In this document: positions 1 to 12,134 of the stretch, piece by piece
How the letters are laid out: the number at the start of each line of letters is the position of its first letter
Numbering within the stretch: position 1 is the first letter of the stretch
Assembly: GCA_038087875.1 (NCBI GenBank)
Contig: JAXLNO010000709.1
Coordinates: 434,001 to 498,000 of the forward strand
Length of the DNA: 64,000 nt
Source: Malacoraja senta
Lineage: Eukaryota
Direction: 5' to 3'
Notes under the pieces: generated by a model
Database searches by the model: none
What the model was told of the DNA's origin: nothing
The model's input: only the letters and a program-made list of their open reading frames with translations
Program-made: the position numbers and the translations under genes

Positions 1-1020
1 TTGGATGTTTTGTTACCATTATTGATGTATGTATGAAGACAGATAGCATGGAAGTGTCTGTCTTCAGATAAAGGAACATATAAGTGAGCTGCCAAGGAGC
101 ACAGTTTCCCCAGGCTCCACGAGTTCCCTTTATTGCTGCTTCTATTCATTCAAACACCGTGTGCACTTCATTCAACTGGCTCCACTGCCTTACAAGCCAA
201 GTCGAGTTTATGGCTTACAATACTTTGTTGACAATCCTGGTATCAGACCATTTGTCAGTGTGTTCAGCAAAACAAATACATCAGAGAGAGTTTAAAACTA
301 GTTGTCACAATTCAAGTTTCACAGCATTTGTGGTGCCAGAGCCAAAGCTCTTAACTTATTTTGCCTCATATTCTTCTGGCTTAATCCACTCCACTGCTAG
401 ACATATCAAAGCAAACAATCAGTCGAAATTCTTGCTCTGGAGTAAGAAATTGAATGCATTAGAAAATATCCAAATATTTGTGAAAACATAACCATTTTTC
501 ATAACCTGTTTTCAAAATTTGGGTAGAAAGAATATATTTTTAAAAAGCATCTTCACTTGAAGAAGGTTGAGGTTATGACTCTTTGATTTTTGCTCAGAGT
601 AATTGAAGACATGGATTATTGTTTTGACAAAGATATCAGTTCAGTTCAGTTTAGTTTATTGTCACGTGTACCGAGGTGCAGCGAAAAACTTTTGTTGCGT
701 GCTATCCAGTCAGCGGAAAGACAATACATGATTACAATCAAGCCATATTTAGTGCAAGGTAAAGCTAGTAAAGTCTGGACAAAGATAGTCCGAGGGTCGG
801 TGAGTCGACTTTTTAATCTTGTCAAGGAACCATTAAAAATGTGGAAAGGGAAAGCTGATGAGATAGAACTCATGAACAAGATAAATCAAAAGTTGTCTTG
901 CGGAAATGACTCTTCATTTAAGATTTGGCAACTTAGCCCTTCCATGAGCCTGTTGTCAAACGTCGATGAGGGGAAGTGGAGGGTGGCAGAGCAGAAAGGT
1001 TGCAGGAGAATGCTGATAGA

Positions 1021-1349
1021 TATCACAGTGGCACAGCTGATAGAGCTGCCATCTCACAGCACCAGAGACCCAGGGTTCAATCCTCACCTCGGGTGCTCTC
1101 TGTGTGAACTTTGCATGTTTTCCCTGTGACCGTGTGGGTTTCCTCCGAGTGCTCCAATTTCCTCCCACATTCCAAAGACGTGAGGGTTTGTAGGTTAATT
1201 GGCCTCTGTAAATTGCCCCTAGTCTGTAGGAGTGGATGCAAAAGTGGGATAACATAGAACTAGTGAAAACGGATGATCGATGGTCAGTGTAGACTTGGTG
1301 TGCAAAAGAGCCTATTTCCATGCTGTATCCCTACCCTAAAACTAAAACT
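1021..1349 (+). mobile_element. tRNA-derived V-SINE (HE1-like)
   Basis: A/B-box head (GGTTCAAATCC), V-domain (GTGGGTTTCCTCCG...TTCCTCCCACATTCCAAAGAC), (CTAAA)n tail. Confidence 0.8.
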
Positions 1350-1648
1350 CAGGGAATGTAAATTCTTCAAAGGGTCCCAGACCTGAATCATCAACTGTTT
1401 CTCTTCCTGTAGATGCTGCCCGATTTGCTGAATGTTTCCAGCATTTTCTGTCTCATTTTATTTCCGATTTCCAGTAACTGCAGGTTTTGATTGAGAAGAT
1501 ACATTCCGTGCCTCTGCTCATTAAAAAAGATATTTTCCTCGGTAATAGGCTTTCATATTTAACAAAATAATACTCTATCAAGCAGCTGGATGTTGCATGT
1601 CCTAGTTACCTGTTCATCAATGGAGAAAAGCAATTTGGAAAAGACAGG

Positions 1649-2678
1649 TGTGTAGGAAGGAACTACAGATGCTGGTTTACACCGAAGATAGACACAAAAT
1701 GCTGGAGTAACTCAGCAGGACAGGCAGCATCTCTGGACAAGAACAGAACACGCTATCAAAACATGGAGGGGACGGGGGACACAATTTTTGTCAGCCGCGC
1801 ACGCATGCGCACACTCACACACACACGCGAGGCTTCAGAGGCTCAATCCAGCGCTAAATGCAGCTCAACTGCCTGTCTCACCGGGTTAACTACAGCCCTG
1901 CCTGGACTGATGGGATACCAGCGCTGCTTCTCTAAGCTGGCCATATTTCCCGCAAGTCCAGGAAGGCTATAGGCTCATCTGGTGGGACAGGCAGAGTTAG
2001 CTGGGTTTAGCGCTGTTTCTCTGTGCTGGCTGTGGGCCTGGGGGGCACCGCACCGGTCTGACTCCTGACCAAAGATCCTATAGCGGAGGATCTTTGCTGC
2101 CAACCTCTCCGGCCACCCTTGGGAGGGGGGGGGGGGCACTCGGGACAGCGCCGGAGACCCGGGATCGATCCTGCCTGCGAATGAAGCGCAGGTCTGTGCC
2201 ACGTCACCCTCCTCCAATCACCGCACTCTATCCTCAGTCCCACCCCACTCCTCCCTCCTCCAATCATCGCGCTGAATTATCATGTCCCGCCCCCATTGCC
2301 TGCTGACTGACGTCTCTCTCGTCCAATCGACGCCCTCGATTTTCAGTCCCACCCCCACTTTCTCGCGGAAAGCGGAGATTTCACCGGGTTTTAAAATACG
2401 GATCACAAAAACTTGGGGGGGATGTCCCCCACCTCTCAAAACATGGAGGGGACGTGTCCCCTCTGCCCCCCCCACCCCCGGGTTTTCCGCCCCTGTCTCT
2501 GGAGAGAAGGAATGGGTGATGTTTCAGGTCGAGACCCTTCTTCAGACAGGTCTGAAGAAGTTTAGTTTAATTTAGAAGTTTAGTTTAGAAGAAGGGTCTC
2601 AATCCAAAACGTCGCCCATTCCTTCTCTCCAGAGATGCTGCCTGTCCCCGCTGAGTTACTCCAGCATTTTGTGTCTAT
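1649..2678. mobile_element. Penelope-derived fold-back repeat interrupted by a hAT-like insert
   Basis: GTAGGAAGGAACT...CAGCATCTCTGGA resumes at 2496 and then runs inverted to ~2678. Confidence 0.7.
1738..2495. mobile_element. Non-autonomous hAT-like DNA transposon (758 bp)
   Basis: 8-bp TSD TCTCTGGA at 1730-1737 and 2496-2503; CA...TG ends with imperfect TIR; 19-bp subterminal repeat; GC/CpG-rich. Confidence 0.75.
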
Positions 2679-3416
2679 CCAGGTTTCCCTGTCCAACAGT
2701 GTAATACACACAGTAATTGAACTCCAAAAATAAAATGAACCATATGATGCAGATTTGCAGGGGACTTCTCCTGACTTTTGCCACAAAAAGGTAAAGTGAA
2801 GGATACGGATCCAATTGCAGGATCCATCATTCCCATTTCAACTACATTGTGTCATTTTTATTCAAAGAAGAGTTAGTAACTCTATTTTATTGTAAAATGA
2901 TTTCTGGTTAAAATAGAGGCTGATCATATTTCTTTCAACATGAAACATGAGTTCAATTTGCAGCAGTGATAAAACAGTCACAGACTTGTGGTAACAATAG
3001 TCTTTTTGTGTTTCTCAAGCAGTTAAATACACATTAATTTGAAATTTAATAATCCAGCTACACATCGGATGTCTGCAAGTAGAAAATCATAACTAATGCA
3101 AAAAGCTGCAAAATTAAATAAAGTTCTCGCTGTTGAAATTTAGGTCATTTTAATTCTTTTTCTCAGAATATCCCATGTCTCCAACATTCTTTTCAACAAG
3201 GTTCTTGATCAAGACAAGTCAAGCCAAGTCCCTAAACTGTTCTAAAATGAGCATCTGATCCACACCACAACTGATCCAGCACAGTTACTATACATGATTT
3301 GTTTGACAATATTGAAACTAACATTAAACAGAGCCAGAGGCCTAGTGTCTATTAAAACTGGCTTTGAAATCGTACTTATTGTTAAATACAGCATTCACAA
3401 TGGCGTATCGCTTATA

Positions 3417-3735
3417 TTTTAGTTTAGTTTAATTTTGCGTTACAGCGCAGAAACAGGCCCGTCAGCCCACCGAGTCCGCACCGGCCAGCGACCCCCACAC
3501 ATTAACACTATGCTATACAACTAGGGACGTTTTTTTTACATTTATACCAAGCCAATTAACCTACAAACCTGTACATCTTTGTAGTGTGGGAGGAAAACGA
3601 AGATCTCAGAGAAAACTCACGCAGGTCACAGGGAGAACGTACAAAATCCGTACAGACAGCACCCGTAGTCAGGATCGAACCCGGTTCTCTGGCGCTGTAA
3701 GACAGTAGCTCTACCGCTATGCCACCGTGCTGCCA
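3417..3735 (-). mobile_element. HE1-like V-SINE
   Basis: Full head, core and tail on the minus strand. Confidence 0.85.
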
Positions 3736-4002
3736 AGGTATTTAAGTTTTAGAAATGGATTGGTTCAGAATGGGTTTTGTTTAGTTTAGAGAGACAGCAT
3801 GGAAACAGACCCTTTGGGCCACCGAGTCCACACCAATCATCAATCACCTGTTCACACGTTTCCAACATGAAACAGTGGTGGAACCCATATCAATGGTGAG
3901 TAAAGGGATATGGAGAAAAATATAGAGCGGTTTGGGGGTTATATGTGGGTATGTAGGAAATATTAGATAATTGGCACATAGATAATTGGCTAATTGTCTC
4001 TA

Positions 4003-4121
4003 TGTGTATGAAGGAACTGCAGAATCTGGTTCAAACCGAAGATAGATACAAAATGCTGGAGTAACTCAGCGGGTGATGCTGCCTGTCCCGCTGAGTTACT
4101 TTAGCATTTTGTATCTATCTT
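4003..4121. mobile_element. Penelope-derived fold-back fragment
   Basis: Inverted GCTGGAGTAACTCAGCGGG / CCCGCTGAGTTACT arms. Confidence 0.6.
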
Positions 4122-4265
4122 TGCCTTGTTTCTATGCTGGATAATGATATGTAGTTATAGTCTCTACCCAGGGCTGAACACTGGTTACCTTTTCTTGTTA
4201 TAACTTTGTTTCCTATTGAAAATAAAATTCAGGTTTGTTTACACAATTATAAATTTTGGTGGGAC

Positions 4266-4797
4266 TTTTTTTTTAAATTTCAAAATAGACTTTATTCAGG
4301 TAATAAATATATACAATACATGAACCGTGCAAACAATTCATCCGACATTTTCTGAGGCTATACAAATTGTTCAATACAGTCTACATACATTGCTCACATT
4401 TCACAAATTTGTCCCCCACCCTTGCCACTTATGTGGCCCACTGGCGTGGAATCCCTTCCCTTATTTTGAGGGGCATCTCCACCACATCCTGCCCCCCATG
4501 TCCAGCAGCGGAAGGACCCTAGACTGTGGTCCTCCCCCACTGGGCCTTGGCGTTGGCTGCACCGAGTTTCAGTGCGTCCCTCAGCACGTACTCCTGCAGT
4601 TTGCAATGGGCCAGTCGGCAACATTCCCTGACGGACATCTCGCTCCGCTCGGTGGTGAACATCGCTCGGGCTGACCAAAGAGCGTCTTTCACCGAGTTGA
4701 TGTCCCTCCAGCAGCACTCGATGTCAGTCTCTGAATGCGTCCCCGGGAACAGTTTGTAAATCACAGAGTCCTCTGTGATGGAGCTGTTCGGAATAAT
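4266..4797 (-). mobile_element. Tx1-clade LINE 3' fragment
   Basis: ORF end ...VKDALWSAR...CCRLAHCKLQEYVLRDALKLGAANAKAQWGRTTV*, then AATAAA and an A-tail on the minus strand. Confidence 0.7.
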
Positions 4798-5181
4798 ATC
4801 TTTATAGGTTTGGTGAGCAAGGGAAAAGAAAAGCATTTTCACCACTTGGTGTTCTTTTATAATCCCTCTGGGCAAAAGGATTGTAAATTACCACATGGGA
4901 ACACTTGCATGTAAAACAACTGTCAAGAATTAACTAAACAAACAGCCTGATGTCACTGCCTGTAAATGTTAAATACCTGTTTATTTGAGCAGCAGATAAA
5001 GCAGGCATTCATTTCTAAATCTTTCAAATCATAGTGTTTTAACAATTATATGATGAAACATGTTTAACGTAAATGATCATCTGTGGGAAGGAACTGCAGA
5101 TGCTGGCTTAAACCGAAGATAGACATAAAATGTTGGAGTAACTCAGCAGAACAGCAGCATCTCTGGAGAGAAGGAATGCGT

Positions 5182-5209
5182 GACGTTTCGGGTCGAGACC
5201 CTTCTTCAG
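5182..5209 (-). ncRNA. Minimal hammerhead core, intact copy
   Basis: Reverse complement identical to 9993-10020. Confidence 0.6.
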
Positions 5210-6686
5210 ACTGATGGGTCTGACCCTTCTTCAGACAGAATTATTATCCTGCAGTCAGCACACAAAACCTTAATGAAACTTAACTTTTGGCCTGACGTCA
5301 CGTTGCGGTGGGGAGAAAATGAAATTCCCTTTAAATATTTCAAATTCAAGCAAACTTTCACTTTGTCGGTTTTCGGGTGTAACGACATAATATAAATCTT
5401 TCTCTTGGAATGGGGGTGCAAGGTTAGTTAGTGGAAGTGTGGGGAGAATTGGTTATGGGAAAATTGTGGGGATGGGATGGCTCTGTGAGGTGGCATAGAT
5501 TTTTGGGGTTGGTATGGCTTTTGCTGTACAGAAATTTAGAATTGTCATTGAATGATGAATACGAGGAAAGGGTGCTATCTGCACATTAAATGATAAGGTT
5601 CAACTGGTCTTGTTCCCATTTTGAAACTTCTCGTATAAACTGTTCTTCATGCCCGGTGTGAATATAGATGTTTTGAGTAGAAAGGCCAGCTGTGGTGATA
5701 TCATAGCATCTGTTCCAGCTACATCATTATCAGGGAGTGAGATTCAGTCAACATGTGAGCATTACAAAATATACATGACATCGCTGAGGAGTGGGCAGGG
5801 CAGACGATTTCCAAAAAATAACATTCCACAGATCACTGTTGAATATTAAAGCTATTATCAGGCCAGAGATTCATAGAGCTGTACAGCACGGGAACAGGCC
5901 CTTTGGCCCACCTTGTCCATGCCGACCAATTTGGAATAATGGGCTGGTCCCTGTTGCCTACATTTGGCTCATATCGCTCTGAATCATTCCTATCCATAGT
6001 TCTATCCAAATATCTTTTAAAAGTCATAATTGTATCTGCTTCCATAACTTCCTCTCACAGCTCATTCCAGATATGGACTACCCTGTGTATGGAAAAAGTT
6101 GCCCTGAAGTCCATCTAAAATCTCTCCCCTCTCACCTTAAGCCCTCTAGTTTTAGGACTCTCTGCCCTTGGAAAAAGATTAAAAGCTATATTTTTATTTA
6201 TTTCTAATGTTAATACTCTTGTTCCCAGTGACAAAGAGTTGATGATATAAAAGATAATTAATCTCGTAGATACCCATGAAATTTGTATACACCTTTGTGT
6301 ATTGGACACAATTGTTCACAACTCTATTAATTTTGAGCCTTTCTACTCTTGTAGGTAAAACTTATTGAAAAAGAAACAATGGTGAGTGAAATGTTTAGGG
6401 AAACTCAATAGATTAGCGACACTAGACGCAGGAGCATTTAGTAAATTGCTGGAAGAACTCAGATGGTCAAGCAGCATCTGTGGAGGCTGAGGGAAGGTCT
6501 GAAGAGGGGTTCTGACCCAAAATGTCACCTATCCATTCCCTCCAGGGATGCTACCTGACCTGCTGAATTCTACCAGCACTTTGTGTTTTACTTAAAGTTC
6601 CAGCATCGGAAGTTCCTTATAGTCAATGTTTCAGTCGAGTTCCTGCATCAGGACTGGGAGTGCCGATGGAAAATATTCAGTAATTA

Positions 6687-7005
6687 GGGCGGCATGGTGG
6701 TGCAGCGGCAGAGCTGCTGCCTCACAGCACCAGAGACCTGGGTTTGATCCTAAAAACGGTTGCTGTCTGTGCAGAGTTTGTCCATTCTCCCCGTGATCGC
6801 GTAGGTTTTCTCCGAGTGCTCTGGTTTTCCCCTACATTCCAAAGACGTGCAGGTTTGTAGGTTAGTTGGCTTCTCTAAAGTTGCCCCTAGTGTGTGGGAT
6901 GCAAACGTGGGATAACATAATACTAGTGTACCAATGATCGATGGACGGCTTGGACTCAGTAGGCCAAAGGGCCTATTTCCACACTATCTCTAAACTGAAC
7001 TCTAA
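6687..7005 (+). mobile_element. HE1-like V-SINE
   Basis: GGGCGGCATGGTGGTGCAGCGG head, V-domain, tail. Confidence 0.85.
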
Positions 7006-7728
7006 ATGGAAGTGAATAGGAGGGGTGAAACAGAGGTAAATAACAGGTGGAACCAGACGAAGAGGGGACGAGGGCAGGGGGAGGGGGAATGTTAGAGTTA
7101 AATGTTTAGGATTGAATGATTAAAAAAAAAAAGCTTTTGGCTCTTATGTAATGTCTCAAACAAAGTTCTTATTACTAAACTAGCAACACTGCACATTTCA
7201 TTTGTTATGATTGCCATGCAAACTTTACTTGTCTTCATGCAAGGGAAATCCTTGTAAGATCAAAAATAAATAATAATGGGAACTTCAAAGGTCCGAACTC
7301 GTGTTGCAGGAAGTACTTCATTCAAGAGCTTCCTGTACACAGCTTCACCGTTATATCTCGTCAGGAAGACACAATGGAAGTGACCAGGTGTACTGAAAGT
7401 CCTTTTCTTTTAACTCCAACACGGGGCATTATTCACCTGCGCACACATTGAACCATAATTGAATTGGTCAATGACCTTTTGGCTGGCCTAGGTTACATTT
7501 TAAACCTAACTGCACCTTAAAGCAAACAAGAGCTTTGATTAGCTACATTATCCAGTCACTCTTGTAATGTTAATGTAAACTACACAGACAACAATAATAA
7601 TGTTGAAGTCAATGAATAACCAGCACTTTATTTCTATTTAACAAACAAGGCCCACATTGCCTTTTATCTGGGAGATTGGTGGTCTACAAGCACATTTTGG
7701 AGGACAAGTTAGATAAGAGTTCATTAAA

Positions 7729-7941
7729 TGCTGGAGTAACTCAGCGGGACAGACAGCATCTCTGGAGAGAAGGAATGGGTAACATTTTGGGTCGAGACCA
7801 TTCTTCAGAGTCTGAAGAAGGGTCGAGACCCAAGATGTCATCCATTCTTTCTATCCAGAGATGCTGTCTGTCCCGCTGAATTACTTCAGCTTTTTGTGCA
7901 TATCTTCGGTGTAAACCAGCATCTGCAGTTCCTTACTACAC
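7729..7941. mobile_element. Penelope-derived fold-back pair
   Basis: Arms meet at ttcttcaga-g-tctgaagaa (~7810). Confidence 0.7.
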
Positions 7942-7952
7942 ATTGCTTTCCT

Positions 7953-8895
7953 TAACATTAGTAAATTTGCAGATGACACAAAGCTGGCTGGCAGTGTGAA
8001 CTGTGAGGAGGATGCTATGAGAATGCAGGGTGACTTGGGACAGGTTGGGGGAGTGGGCAGATGCATGGCAGATGAAGTTTAATGCGGATAAATGTGAGGT
8101 TATCCACTTTGGTAGCAAAAACAGGAAGGCAGATTACTATCTAAATGGCATCAAGTTGGGGAAAAGGGGAAGTACAACGGGATCTGGGGGTCCTTGTACA
8201 TCAGTCTATGAAAGTAAGCATGCAGGTACAGCAGGCAGTGAAGAAAGCGAATGGCATGTTGGCCTTTATAACAAGAGAAATCGAATATAGGAGCAAACAG
8301 GTCCTTCTGCAGTTGTACAGAGCCCTAGTGAGACCACACCTGGAGTATTGTGTGCAGTTTTGGTCCCCTACTTTGAGAAAGGACATTCTTGCTATTGAGG
8401 GAGTGCAGCGTAGGTTTACAAGGTTAATTCCCGGGATGGCGGGACTGTCATATGCTGAGAGAATGGAGCAGCTGGGCTTGTACACTCTGGAGTTTAGTAG
8501 GATGAGAGGGGATCTCATTGAAACATATAAGATTGTTAAGGGTTTGGACATGCTAGAGGCAGGAAACATGTTCCCGATGTTGGGGGAGTCCAGAACCAGG
8601 GGCCACAGTTTAAGAATAAGGAGTAAGCCATTTAGAACGGAGACAAGGAAACACTTTTTCTCACAGAGAGTGGTGAGTCTGTGGAATTCTCTGCCAGAGG
8701 GCGGTGGAGGCAGGTTCTCTGGATGCTTTCAAGAGAGAGCTAGATAGGGCTCTTAAAAATAGCGGAGTCAGGGGATATGGGGAGAAGGCAGGAACGGGGT
8801 ACTGATTGGGGATGAACAGCCATGATCACATTGAATGGAGGTGCTGGCTCAAAGGGCCGAATGGCCTACTCCTGCACCTATTGTCTATTGTCTAT
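7953..8895 (+). mobile_element. CR1-clade LINE (HER1-like), 5'-truncated
   Basis: [36 protein letters not shown] motifs; (TCTATTG)n tail; frameshifted. Confidence 0.9.
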
Positions 8896-8944
8896 AACTA
8901 ATATTGTAATAAATAATAAAACAAATATTGCAATAAATAATAAT

Positions 8945-9335
8945 GGGTGGCACATTGGTGCAGTGGTAGAGTTGCTGCCTTACAGAGACCAGGGTTTGAT
9001 CCTGACCTTGGGTGCTGTCTGCATGGAATTTGCACGTTCTCCCTGTGACCGCGTGGGTTTTCTTCAGGTGCCTCAGTTGCCTCCCATATTCTAAAGACGT
9101 CTGGGTTTGCAGGTTAATTGGCCTGTGTGGGATTTCTCCGGGAACTCTGGTTTCCACCCACACTGCAAAGATGTACAGGTTTGTAGGCTAAAGGGCTTGG
9201 TAAAATTGTAAATTGTTTCTAGTGTGTGTAGGATAGTGTTAGTGTGGGGGGGGAATGCTGGTCAGTGTGGACTCGGCAGGTCGAAGGGCTGCTTTTTCAC
9301 TGTATCTCTAAACTAAAATTAAAAAACTAAAATTA
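8945..9335 (+). mobile_element. HE1-like V-SINE with an internal core duplication
   Basis: V-domain segment present twice (~9050-9120 and ~9125-9190). Confidence 0.8.
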
Positions 9336-9992
9336 AGTGGCGCCTTATTGAATTGCATTTTTAATGAGGCTTGTTTGAAACTCTCCAAGTCGAGCAAGCT
9401 TGGCTATCACTCTGCCCTGATGAAATATGCTAAAGTACAAAATACACACCATCCTCTACAGAAAGTGTTTAGTCAAATCTCGGGGCAAAAAACACCATTC
9501 TATTCATCAAGTCATCTGAGCTGAAATGATTTCAATAATTGGCAGTATTTTAACTAATAGTTGTGGTCAAGATATGTAAGTAAGGTGGAAGTGAATAAAA
9601 TTGTTTCAGAATTAATTTATATGCAACTTAAATTACACATGGTTGGAGTCTAGGTTACCTTCGAGGCTTTCCAAAACACAGGACCACTTCAGCTGATATG
9701 TGGTTACCAGTAAGGATAAAAGCTATCATATGTACAGTTAAACCAGATACCCAAATCACAGCCAGGCAATTCTTCATTTCAAGAGTCAAGAGAGTCAAGA
9801 GTCAATTGTCACATGCACCAACAACAGAACTATGAAATTCTTACTTGCTGCAGCTTCACAGACATGTAAACACAATAACACACAAATAATAGATAATAAT
9901 CAGAATACATTAATAACCATAATGCTCGGTAACCATAATAGTGCATAAGCTGAGGTCCATAACTCCAACCAAAGGTACAGTCAAAAGTTCGG

Positions 9993-10020
9993 CTGAAGAA
10001 GGGTCTCGACCCGAAACGTC
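9993..10020 (+). ncRNA. Minimal type I hammerhead ribozyme core (Penelope-associated)
   Basis: CTGAAGA-A-GGGT(CTCG)ACCC-GAAAC-GTC: CUGANGA and GAAA boxes, 4-bp stem II, GUC triplet; activity untested. Confidence 0.65.
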
Positions 10021-10794
10021 ACCCATTCCTTCCCTCCAGAGATGCTGCCAGTCCCGCTGAATTACTCCAGCTTTTTGTGTCCACTGTATCTTCGGTCAAA
10101 AGTTCATAGTTGCTGAGGTTAGTGTTCTGTAGTGCTCAGGAGCCTGATGGTTGCTAGGAAGACACTGTTCTTCAATTTGGTGGTCATGGTTTGGCAGGTT
10201 CCTGTACCTTCTTCCCAATGTTTAGTTTATTATTATTGTCACGTGTACCAAGGTACAGTGAAAAGCTTTTGTTGCGTGCTATCCAGAATCTGTAATATTT
10301 CATGTAATAGTGATATGAAGACGTGGCCAGGGTGTTTTGAGTCTTTGATGATTATTGGTTGCCTTTTTGAGGCAAAGCCTCCTGCACATCCCTTCGATAG
10401 TGGGGAAGTCCGTACCTGTGATGTTGTATATCAATCATATGTCAAACTGATAAACTTAACTTAGAATGTTTTAAAGGGACCTATATAGCTGATATTGTAG
10501 CATTCCTTTCTTTCATTAACAGAAATGCTGAAAAATTGAGCCTTATTTTGTCTCTATGCAAAAAATAACAATGTAGAAAGAGGGATAAATATTTAGCCTA
10601 AGCACTTTCGGTACTATAAGCAATACAATCTTTGTAATGTGTCATAAGAAATGAATGAGTAGCACTGCACCAATACCACACGCAGGTCTCTTTTTGATCT
10701 AAATAATGCCTATAACTCCACAAATGGGAAGGTTCTGATCAAGAATCCCCTTGATATTCAGCTGCCTGACAAAATATATCTGCATCCTGGAGGC

Positions 10795-11345
10795 CTGGAT
10801 AGAGTGAATGTGGGGAGGATGTTTCCACTAGTGGGAGAGTCTAGGATCAGAGCCCATACCCCCAGAATAAAAGGATGTACATTTAGAAAGGAGATCTTCT
10901 TCTTTTCGTGTCCTTGTTACAAATGTTGACCTCGCTGTCGTCGTCCGTCCTGAAAGGGATGCAAGTTTCCGGTAACAATCAGTGGAAGCCATCACTTGTC
11001 ACAATAGATGATGGTGGTAGTAGAATTAGCTCAGGATACTTCCAGTTTCCAGCCCCGCGATGTGGATGCTTCTGCTATGAGGCCTAGAAAGGAGATGAGG
11101 AGGAGTTTCTTTAGTCAGAGGGTGGTGAATCTGTGGAATTCATTGCTGCAGAAGGCTGTGGAGGCCAGGTCAATGGATATTTTTTAGGTGGAGATTGATA
11201 GATTCTTGATTAGTACGGGTGTCAGGGGTCATGGGGAGAAGGCAGGAGAATGGGGTTGAGAGGGAGAGATAGATCAGCCATGATTGATTGGTGGAGTAGA
11301 CTTGATGGGCCGAATGGCCTACTTCTGCTCTTATAATTTATAAAC
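10795..11345 (+). mobile_element. CR1 3' fragment containing a nested insertion
   Basis: CR1 3' region (QRVVNLWNSL-type coding sequence and GGGGAGAAGGCAGG UTR). Confidence 0.7.
10896..11084 (-). mobile_element. Short non-LTR retroposon 3' end with a (GAA)n tail
   Basis: 12-bp TSD TAGAAAGGAGAT at 10884-10895 and 11085-11096; minus-strand end GACACGAAAAGAAGAAG. Confidence 0.65.
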
Positions 11346-11416
11346 ATGAATCTTACTTTGCTTTATGATGGTGCGTAATCTACCATCCAAACCAACAGGT
11401 GCATAACAGACAAAAT

Positions 11417-11583
11417 GTGTAGGAAGGAACTGCAGATGTTGGTTTAAATCTATGATAGACACAAAATGCTGGAGTAACTTAGACGGGTCTGAAGAAGGGT
11501 CTTGACCCAAAACGTCACCCTTTCCTTCTCTCCAGAGATGCTGCCTGTCCTGCTGAGTTACTCCGGCATTGTGTGTCTATCTT
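11417..11583. mobile_element. Penelope-derived fold-back pair
   Basis: Same repeat in both orientations; the core at 11489-11516 has GAAAC changed to AAAAC. Confidence 0.65.
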
Positions 11584-12106
11584 GGTGCATAACAGAGCCA
11601 GTCTTGATGTAGAGTTGTGTCACACAAGGCTGTATCATTACCCCTCCATCTTTTCCCAATATTTATTGTTGCATTGCTGAACTTCATGCACAGGAGAAAA
11701 ACGAATCTAACGGACCAATGAGAAACAGTTCAGCCCATGTTGGCACCTTAGATGCTGAATTTTTGTGTTCAATGCAGTATCAGTGATATTGTTCGGCGCC
11801 CAGCGATGGAGAGAAGGGGGAATCTAGTACAGTCTTGGAAAAGCTCATTCTTGGTCAGCTGTTTCAAAGTGGCCTTGGTGTCAGTAGCAGGGTGTCAGAT
11901 CTGGCAAGAGGATGGGTGGGGAGCTTTTTATTGAGTTTGGAGCATGTTTTAAATTAGCCATGGTCTTGCCCATGGAGTGCCCAAAGTACATCACCGAGGC
12001 TTGCTGCACCTACTGTATGTTGAGAGTGGATATCAAATCTGATTCTGGGTCAGTGCTCAGATCTCTGGGTCAAGTAAGTAAAGTTACTGGGTCAAGTAAG
12101 TAAAGT

Positions 12107-12134
12107 CTGAAGAAGGGTTTCGGCCCGAAACGTT
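12107..12134 (+). ncRNA. Minimal hammerhead core, variant subfamily
   Basis: CTGAAGA-A-GGGT(TTCG)GCCC-GAAAC-GTT; stem II kept through a U-G wobble with a UUCG loop. Confidence 0.55.

Noticed and set aside
84..1129. 135-aa and 179-aa ORFs
   Set aside because: No recognisable domain; the second runs through repeat fragments and a SINE head
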